Made by a program: the position numbers and the translations under genes. From Candidatus Nanohaloarchaea archaeon (GTDB lineage: Archaea > Nanohalarchaeota > Nanosalinia > Nanosalinales > Nanosalinaceae): a DNA stretch of 29,481 nucleotides. The stretch's first letter is position 1. Each line of letters begins with the position of its first letter. Below are positions 1-7,214 of this stretch, in pieces. The notes under the pieces are model-generated. The model searched no databases and was not told the origin of the DNA. It saw only the letters and a list, made by a program, of their open reading frames with translations. The stretch covers positions 1 through 29,481 of the forward strand of contig JBEQAY010000009.1 of the NCBI GenBank assembly GCA_041640075.1, read 5' to 3'.

Positions 1-127
1 TCAGGGATTTGAACCCTGGGCCTTCCCCTGTCTTGCCTTGTCCGCCAGGAAAGGCAGACAGAGCATACTTTCCAAAGGAAAGATGCAGTTGCAAGGGGGA
101 CGTTCTGCCAGGCTGAACTAAGGGCCC
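1..127 (-). tRNA. tRNA-Ala(UGC) with a 60-nt intron (30..89) at position 37/38; the 3' acceptor strand runs off the window edge
   Basis: The reverse complement reads GGGCCCT-TA-GTTC..GAAC-G-TCCCC-CT-TGC-A|intron|A-GGGGA..GTTCAAAT. It has a canonical bulge-helix-bulge: central CTTG/CAAG with bulges CA|A and AC|A. Confidence 0.93.
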
Positions 128-280
128 GTCTTAATCCGATATAAATGCATTTATTGGGAATTTTTTTAAGTGGTAAAGAATTTTTGAGTATGTATCGGCG
201 AATATTGCCAAATCAACCAAAGTGTTTTTATTAGTTAGTGACAACACTATGTTATATGGTTGGAGGTGTACGTGAAAACT

Positions 281-2122
281 ATGGCTCAAGCCTTAGAAGA
301 ATTAGTTGAAGGTCCGGAAGAATTTTTAAACGAAGATTTCTATGGAGAAGCTCTATTTGGAGAGGAAGGCGATGAGCCAGATGACCATGATTTTGAAATA
401 TTTGACCATGAAGGAGAACCAGAGAACAATGACTTTCTATTAGATGAGGAGTTAGATGGAATTTTCGGAGAAGGTTACAACGACGAATTTGAGTACGAGT
501 TTAATGAGGAAGACCTTGCACAAATAGGTGACGTCCAAGACCATGCTCACGAATACCAAGTTCAAGACCCAATCAATTTTGAAGAATATCAAGAACATAT
601 AGAACCATTAGGACCTGGCGAAATCCCAGAATTAGGTGAAGTAGGTTTAGGTAATGACGAACTTGAGGCCTTACCCGATAATCTAACGAGAAATGATCAA
701 GTTAGGGAAGTAATTCCAAACTTTGTCAGAGAAATGAATATTTCTAGAGAAGAGGCTCTTAAGGATCTTGAGTTATTGGAAAAACTTGATTCTAATATAG
801 ACCATGTTGAAGTCAAAGATGATGAAAGAAGACGGAGGAAAGAAGCTGCTAAAAAACTTTACAGAGAGAAGAAAAGATTTTTAGAGCATATCCAGGAAAC
901 TTATGAGGTTTCGCCGTTTATTGTAGGTGCTGCACCAGCAATTGAATCTGAAATGGGCTTATCTACCGAGGAATTTGTACACATATTTAATGGGGGAGAT
1001 TCCAGCAGAGTTATTGGAGAAGGATTTCATTCTCAGGGAGTTGTTGGAGGACAATATGACCAGGGTGTTGAGAAGCTTGAAAGTTTATCGAGGAAAGAAG
1101 GAAAATTTGAAACAGATATAGACTACGAAAATACAGTTAGAAGAGCCCTTGGAGAAGAATTATTCAATGATTTAGATCTTAAGGATAAAATTAGAGAGGC
1201 GAAGATGGGAGATAGAGATGTTGAAGCAGCTATATTGGAAGATGAATTTAACCAGTTGATTGGGGAGTTAATGCAGGAGGATCCTGAAAAAGGGCAGGAG
1301 ATGATAGATAAGAGAAATGAGTTGAAGGCAGAAATTAATGAAGAAAAGAGAACCGAGGCGCTCAAGTATGCGATGAAAACCGGTATTTCGGATCCAGAGA
1401 TTGGGGAAAAAGCATATAGACAGATAATGGAGTCCGAAAACCCTGATCTTGGGTTTTTGAGACAGGACAATGTCGAAAGTATGCTTGACTCTTTGGCCGA
1501 AGAACACCTTTCAGATGATTGTTCTGCTTATCATGAGGCGAAAAGATTAGCAGATAACATGGATGGTAGAGAAGTGGAGTTTGAGTTGTATGATAAGAGC
1601 TTTGAAAACATGCCTTATAAGGAGAATAGAAATCTTCCGTGTACCTTCCCCGGAAGCTCTCATGCTAAATCTGTTGCTTTTACGAGCTACATGCTTGATC
1701 CTGCTACACAGGTAGGAAAGATTGAAACGGACAAAGGGGATGGTGTAGCTTTGATGAAATTAGTCGAATATGAAGGAGACGGATTCCTTTATGTTCACTC
1801 TGTTGAGGCAGACAAAGGAGAAAATATTGCCAGCAACAAAGAAATGGCTAGAGAGATAAAGAATCAGATAGAGAAATATGCTGAGGAGATCAGCCAGTAC
1901 AGCTTTGAGGTCGATGATGACCGAGAGATCGAGATGGAAGGTATAATGTACTGTATGAGCCGTCATAACCACGGTACGGCTTCCAGCTTCCAAAGTGCGT
2001 TAAGAGACTACGAAGATCCTGAAATAGAGACAAAAGAATTAGAACATGCCGGAGTTAGACACCAAGGCTTCGACCACAACATTGAAACCGGTGTGAGAGT
2101 GTATGAGAAGAACTTGGGTTAA
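281..2122 (+). CDS. Large acidic hypothetical protein (~613 aa; TTG at 260 is an alternative start)
   Basis: Long ORF with a D/E-rich low-complexity N-terminus, a helical middle and an alpha/beta-looking C-terminal domain. No family recognised. Confidence 0.8.
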   Translation: MAQALEELVEGPEEFLNEDFYGEALFGEEGDEPDDHDFEIFDHEGEPENNDFLLDEELDGIFGEGYNDEFEYEFNEEDLAQIGDVQDHAHEYQVQDPINFEEYQEHIEPLGPGEIPELGEVGLGNDELEALPDNLTRNDQVREVIPNFVREMNISREEALKDLELLEKLDSNIDHVEVKDDERRRRKEAAKKLYREKKRFLEHIQETYEVSPFIVGAAPAIESEMGLSTEEFVHIFNGGDSSRVIGEGFHSQGVVGGQYDQGVEKLESLSRKEGKFETDIDYENTVRRALGEELFNDLDLKDKIREAKMGDRDVEAAILEDEFNQLIGELMQEDPEKGQEMIDKRNELKAEINEEKRTEALKYAMKTGISDPEIGEKAYRQIMESENPDLGFLRQDNVESMLDSLAEEHLSDDCSAYHEAKRLADNMDGREVEFELYDKSFENMPYKENRNLPCTFPGSSHAKSVAFTSYMLDPATQVGKIETDKGDGVALMKLVEYEGDGFLYVHSVEADKGENIASNKEMAREIKNQIEKYAEEISQYSFEVDDDREIEMEGIMYCMSRHNHGTASSFQSALRDYEDPEIETKELEHAGVRHQGFDHNIETGVRVYEKNLG

Positions 2123-2147
2123 CAAAATTTTCAGTCGGCATTCCCTA

Positions 2148-2232
2148 TTTAAAGTTTAGACCTAAGTTCTTGGATGCGGACAGTCCGACAGGGTGAAAAC
2201 CTTGAGAGGACAACCCGTTAAAAAGGTTAAGT
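2148..2232 (+). promoter_or_regulatory. Putative tandem archaeal promoters for the 23S transcript
   Basis: TATA-like TTTAAAG at ~2148-2154 and purine-rich BRE plus TTAAG (AAAGGTTAAGT) at ~2222-2232. Each is followed ~20-25 nt later by GC-richer structured sequence. Confidence 0.45.
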
Positions 2233-2448
2233 CCGTGATTGTTTGATACCGAGTAAGGTTAGTCCTGTCGTGCTTGATAGGCCGACAATTTATGGACTGT
2301 TTACGTATGGAGGGGCGTCTCTACCATAGGATGTCCTGAGCACGAACCCAACACCTGAATCTTCACTTGTGGGTGTGAGTAGTGCACGCCTGAGAACACG
2401 TTGCCGCGTGTACGACCCTAGTTATGTGGTCGTTGGATCTGGGTGTAA

Positions 2449-5400
2449 GTAGGGTTTGACCATTACATATTTTGCATTCAAACTTAGGCTTAGCCTGATA
2501 TGGTCTACTCTGTTTCAGCTTTGCTGAGACGTGGAGCATATCAAGCTGGTTGCCTGAAGTTGGATTGCGACGATATCCAGTTAGTGGATGGCTCGGTTCG
2601 AGAAGCCGATGAAGGACATGGCAAGCTGTGATAAGCTTGGGCGAGGCGCATGCAGCCTTTGAGCCCAAGATTTCCGAATGTGAGTTAACACACGCCGTTT
2701 CGACGGTGTATCCCGAGAGGGAGGGTAACGCGGTGAATTGAAACATCTTAGTAGCCGTAGGAACAAAAATCAACCGAGATTCCCTTAGTAGCGGCGAGCG
2801 GAAGGGGAAATGGCATAAACTGAACGCAGTTCCGAGAGGATCTGTGGATGTGGTTTGGGCCGTCTTTCTGGACTGAATGGTTTAGCCGAACTCTTGCTGG
2901 AAAGCAGGACCATAGAGAGTGATAGTCTCGTAGGTTGTAACCAAGACGTCCTTCGACGTGCCCCAAGTAGCGTGGGTTGGAAATCCTGCGTGAAGATGGG
3001 AGGCACTTTCCTTCCAATGCTAAATACTTCTCGAGTCCGATAGCGCACTAAGTACCGTGAGGGAAAGCTGAAAAGTACCCCTAGAAAGGGGGTGAAAAGA
3101 GCCTCAAACTAACTGGTTATAGGCTAGACAGGGCGTTCAAGCGTCGATATCTGTGAAAGAACTTTCCGAGAGGTCTTAGTATAAATCAGGTGGAGCAGCG
3201 TCCTGTCATCCGTTTTGAAAAACGGGGCAGGGAGTGTACCTCCGTGGCGAGGCTAACCACCGTTTCGGTGGGGAGTCATAGCGAAAGCAAGAAGACCGCA
3301 GCAGTTTTACTGTGAGGGTCCTCGTGTTAACGTGCGAGAAGTCACCGCGGTACTATCCGAAGCTGGTCGATCCTGGCCTGGGCAGGTTGAAGCGGCGCGA
3401 AAGCTCCGTGGAGGACCGCAAGAGGTGCTGCGATACAAGCGCTCTCGTGACCTGGGTCAAGGGGTGAAATGTCAATCGAGATCAGCAATGGCTGGTTCCT
3501 TTCGAAATAGGCCGAAGTCTAGCCTCGAGCGAGGTGGTTGCACAGGTAAAGCGACTGATTCCGATCCCTGTAGGGTTACCTACAGGCCGGAGTCAAACTC
3601 TGAACTGTGTAACGCCGTAGACCTCGGGAGTGAGGGATGGCGGGTAAGCTGCCATTCCGAGAGGGAAACAACCCAGAGCAAGGTTAAGGCCCCTAATTCC
3701 TGACTAAGTGTCATTGGAGGATGTCGCGGTTCTCAGACAGTGGGGAGGTTAGCTTAGAAGCAGCTACCCTTTAAAGATAGCGTAACAGCTCACCCATTGA
3801 GAACTGTGGCGCCGTAAATGGACGGGGCTCAAGTCAGGAGCCGAGACCTTGCCGCCGAGCATTAGCTTGGTGGATAGGAAGGCGCTCCGCATGGGCGGAA
3901 GCATGGCTGTGAAGTCGTGTGGACCGTGTGGAGATGAAGATCCTGCCGGCAGTATCATCGTAAAAAGAGATGCGAATTCTCTTCGTCGCAAGGATAAGGG
4001 TTCCTCTGCAATGATTTTCAACAGAGGGTTAGTCGGTCCTAAACCGGACCGTAATTCGAATCCGGTGAATAGGGAAACAGGTTAATATTCCTGTACCTCC
4101 TCACATTTACTGACGATTCGGGATAATGGTAGCTGCGCCTTCGCGCAGTCGAAACCGTTAAACCGGGCGAGCGTAATGCTTCGACCCCGGCGAACCGGTG
4201 ATCGGCCTGGGAATAATCCCGGGTTGCCACGATTCCTGGATCCCATGAAAAGGTGTGAGAGACCGTACCCAGAACCAGCACAGGTATCCTGGCTTAACAG
4301 GCTAAGACGTATCGGGTTTAATGCAGCTTAGGGAATTCGGCAAGTTAGCCCCGTACCTTCGGTATATGGGGTGCCTATCGTCTCGATACGATAGGTCTCA
4401 GTGACTAGGGAAGCTCGACTGTTTACTAAAAACGTAGCCGACTGCTAGTCCGAAAGGATTTGTATAGTCGGCGACTCTTGCCCAGTGCCAGTACCTGAAA
4501 TCTCCGTCCAAGGAGTAGAAGGGCTGGTAAACGGCGGCGGTAACTATGACCGTCTTAAGGTAGCGTAGTCCCTTGCCAATTAATTGTTGGCCCGCATTAA
4601 TAGGGAAACGAGGCTTCTACTGTCCCAAGCTGTAGCCCGGTGAACCCGCCGTACCGGCGCATAGGCCGGTGACTCCCGGTGGGAAGCGAAGACCCTTTGA
4701 ACCTTTACTGCAGTCTATCGTTGCTGCGGGGTTCCAAGTGTGAAGTGTAGGTAGAAGACGTTACAGAGACGCATGCGCCAGCATGTCGCCCAGTCGATCA
4801 TGGGACACTACCCACTTGGAACCCTGCGGCTTGACCTCTACGGAGGGACAGCGTTAGCTGGGCAGTTTAACTGGGGCGGTATCCATCTGATAATAAATCA
4901 GATGGGTCCAAAGGTAGGCTCAGACCGGTCAGAAATCGGTCGTAGAGTACAAAGGCAAAAGCCTGCCTGACTGGTCTCTTGTTAGCAGAGGGACCAGGCG
5001 CGAAAGCGTGGCTTAGCGAACGCCTACAGCCAAATAGTGAGGCTTAGGCCTGACGAAAAAGGTACTCAAGGGATAACTGGATTGTCTGAGGCGCGAGTTC
5101 ACATCGACCCTCAGGCTTGTTACTTCGATGTCGGCTCTCCGTATCCTGGCTGTGCAACAGCAGCCAAGGGTGAGGGTGTTCACCTATTAAAACGGATCGT
5201 GAGCTGGGTTTAGATCGGCGTGAGCCAGATCTGTTGCTATCTGCCGGGAGCGTTTACACGGTCTGAGAGGAAAGTTCGGACAGTACGAAAGGAACCCCGA
5301 ACTGAGGCCTCTGGTGTATCTGTCATCCGAGAGGGTGGGCAGAGTAGCTACGCCTCACAGATGTAAAAGCTGAAAGCATCTAAGCTTGAAAGTCTCCTCA

Positions 5401-5596
5401 AAACGAGACCGTTTCCGCTCTTGTACAAGACAAGTTGATAGAGTGGCGGTGTAAGATCCAAGGCAACGAGGATTTCAGCCGACCACTACTAATCGCGGGT
5501 TCAATCTAATGGACGGCGACCAGCTTGAGCTCTAACACAAGTGTTTAGAGACCAAGCAGGCTAAGTCCTGAGAACAACGTATTGGTCAAACCCTAC
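2449..5596 (+). repeat. Long-range inverted repeats forming the pre-23S processing stem
   Basis: GTAGGGTTTGACCA (2449-2462) pairs with TGGTCAAACCCTAC (5583-5596). GGCTTAGCCTG (2487-2497) pairs with CAGGCTAAGTC (5557-5567). TCAAGCTGGTTGCC (2541-2554) pairs with GGCGACCAGCTTGA (5515-5528). Confidence 0.85.
2560..5509 (+). rRNA. rrl: 23S ribosomal RNA (archaeal); ends approximate
   Basis: Universal LSU motifs are present: GAATTGAAACATCTTAGTA, AGTACCGTGAGGGAAAG, GTPase centre TTAGAAGCAGC, GGTAACTATGAC..TAAGGTAGC, PTC GGGATAAC and TCGATGTCGGCTC, and the SRL. Terminal helix is TTGGATTG/CAATCTAA. Length ~2950 nt. Confidence 0.98.
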
Positions 5597-5696
5597 CTCT
5601 TTTTCCATACGCAACTTTCTATATTCTACAACAATTACACTAAATTATGTACAGTTAATCAAACCTGATTTAATTTTAATCATTGAATAACATTCT

Positions 5697-6219
5697 TGCT
5701 GGGAGATGGTTTGACCGTCCCCGCTGGTAGACACACTCGGCTTGGCGACAAGACGAGATATATCAATCAGAGGTCTACCGAGTGAGGAAAGTCCTGACAC
5801 CCACTCCGAGCTCCTTGAGGTCGGAGTTTGAGAAGATTCCTGCGAAGGGATTTTCGAGTTATGTGTGGCGGATGCAAATCCGTGGGCCAAGAGGTCGCAC
5901 CAAGATCTTCCGTAACCTCTGTAATATGAGGACCGGAGTCTTGAAACCTGCAGCAGAAACGACACGTCCAGTGCCGATGATCGTGATCGGACAACAAAGA
6001 ACACGGCTCGAGACCTTGTACGTCTCGGCGGTGCAAAAAAGTCCGTGAATCCTTGAAGCACCTGGGATCGTTGAAACGAGGCAGGACACACGGTGCAAGC
6101 GCCAAAGCAGCGTGCAAGTGCGAACTCGCAGAGTTCGACTCTTCAGAGAAGAGCTCTGCTCTTCGCCAAGTTAAATGCGGTTGTAGAAACAGAATCAGGC
6201 TTACTACCGTCACCCAGCA
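5697..6219 (+). ncRNA. rnpB: RNase P RNA (~520 nt)
   Basis: CR-I GAGGAAAGTCC (5784-5794), CR-II GCAGAAAC (5953-5960), CR-III TTGAAAC (6071-6077) and CR-V AACAGAATCAGGCTTA (6188-6203) are in order. P1 is TGCTGGGAGATGGT/ACCGTCACCCAGCA, P2 is TGACCG/CGGTTG and P3 is GGTAGAC/GTCTACC. Confidence 0.93.
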
Positions 6220-6311
6220 CTATCTTTTCTGTTGAACAAAGACACCTCTCGAAAATTTTCCGTGTTTTAGGGAACACCTTTTTTGAAGTTAAGCGACCTG
6301 AAAATAGTATT

Positions 6312-6482
6312 ATGGCAGGAAACCAGCAGCAAGGTGGAGCACTTCCTTCCTCACAGGGGGGACTGGTACAGTACTTCGACGCTGATTCAGGGTACGAGAT
6401 GGATCCCAAGACAGTAGTCATGATAACAGGAATGGTAGCTGTACTGGAACTTGTACTTCAATCCGGTATGCTGCCGATTTAA
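6312..6482 (+). CDS. secG: Preprotein translocase subunit Sec61beta (archaeal SecG)
   Basis: 56 aa, MAGNQQQGGALPSSQGGLVQYFD...MDPKTVV, followed by one C-terminal TM helix. It matches the Sec61beta pattern xGLxxYF...P. The longer 6093 start overlaps the RNase P RNA. Confidence 0.88.
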   Translation: MAGNQQQGGALPSSQGGLVQYFDADSGYEMDPKTVVMITGMVAVLELVLQSGMLPI

Positions 6483-6491
6483 ACCAGTGAA

Positions 6492-6621
6492 GGGCCCGTA
6501 GCTCAGCTTGGACAGAGCGATCGGCTTCTATCAAAGTTCTGAAAGTTTGATCCAAAGAAAGCGCTTTCAGAAAAACAGGGAAGATACCGATCGGTCGAGG
6601 GTTCAAATCCCTCCGGGTCCG
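6492..6621 (+). tRNA. tRNA-Arg(UCU) with a 55-nt intron (6531..6585) at 37/38
   Basis: GGGCCCG-TA-GCTC..GAGC-G-ATCGG-CT-TCT-A|intron|A-CCGAT..GAGGG-TTCAAAT-CCCTC-CGGGTCC-G. Central helix CTTC/GAAG with 3-nt bulge AT|A. A20 and G73 Arg identity elements are present. Confidence 0.93.
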
Positions 6622-6656
6622 TTGCTCATAAATTTGTCCTGTTAACTACTGTTTCT

Positions 6657-7214
6657 ATGAAACCTTTCGATAGGATATACGAGGAGATATCCAATAAAAG
6701 AAGGTCGAAGGCTGCGGAGAACCTTCCTGGAATCGAAAAACTTGATGATGGCTGGGGATTTGACAGGACTGTATTCCGTATTGAAACAGAGAAGTACGGC
6801 GAAGAATACGAGGGAAAGGTTCTGAAAATCGGTGCAGGAGCAGAGAACGCCAGAACGGCAAACAAGAAAGAACTGGAGACGTGGATGGCTTTAAAAAACG
6901 ATAAAGAGCTAGGCAAACATTTTTGCCCTATAAGAGATCGGGGAAAAAACTTCAAATGGATAATAATGGATTATGCTCCACCGGTTAAGTCTTTCCTATC
7001 ACGAATCAAGTCTAGAAGGAAACAGAAAAAGATAGAAGACACTCTCGCAGAAGTTGAGGAGTACCTAGACTTGAAACATGAAAACATGGGAGTCCACAGG
7101 AATAGAGGTGTAGTCTTCGTTGACTACCCCTGGGGAGGAAATTTTGTAAGAGAAAAGGATGAAGGGAATCTAGGGAAACTCCTGAACAGGATTAACAGGA
7201 TTGCTGAATCATGA
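6657..7214 (+). CDS. Small protein-kinase-like fold protein
   Basis: Kinase-like motifs occur in order: GWGFDRTVF (Gly loop), VLKI (catalytic Lys), NKKE (helix C Glu), WIIMDY (hinge), DLKHEN (catalytic loop) and FVDY (DFG position). Confidence 0.7.
   Translation: MKPFDRIYEEISNKRRSKAAENLPGIEKLDDGWGFDRTVFRIETEKYGEEYEGKVLKIGAGAENARTANKKELETWMALKNDKELGKHFCPIRDRGKNFKWIIMDYAPPVKSFLSRIKSRRKQKKIEDTLAEVEEYLDLKHENMGVHRNRGVVFVDYPWGGNFVREKDEGNLGKLLNRINRIAES

Noticed and set aside
141..154. Perfect 14-bp palindrome ATAAATGCATTTAT upstream of tRNA-Ala
   Set aside because: Single AT-rich occurrence in a promoter region with no second copy seen, so no function can be supported.
2250..2447. Possible 5S rRNA or SRP RNA upstream of the 23S
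   Set aside because: No 5S-type CCGAAC/AGTA motifs in the right context and no SRP helix-8 motif were recognisable, so it is left as a structured leader.
2363..4970. Many 60-136 aa ORFs on both strands
   Set aside because: They overlap the 23S rRNA or its leader and have atypical composition, so they are spurious.
5645..6311. 148-aa and shorter ORFs, and the N-terminal extension of ORF 6093..6482
   Set aside because: They overlap the RNase P RNA. Only 6312..6482 (Sec61beta) looks like a protein.
6531..6585. tRNA-Arg intron as a C/D-box guide RNA like the euryarchaeal tRNA-Trp intron
   Set aside because: The only CTGA is buried in a stem and there is no RUGAUGA box C. The Ala intron also lacks boxes.
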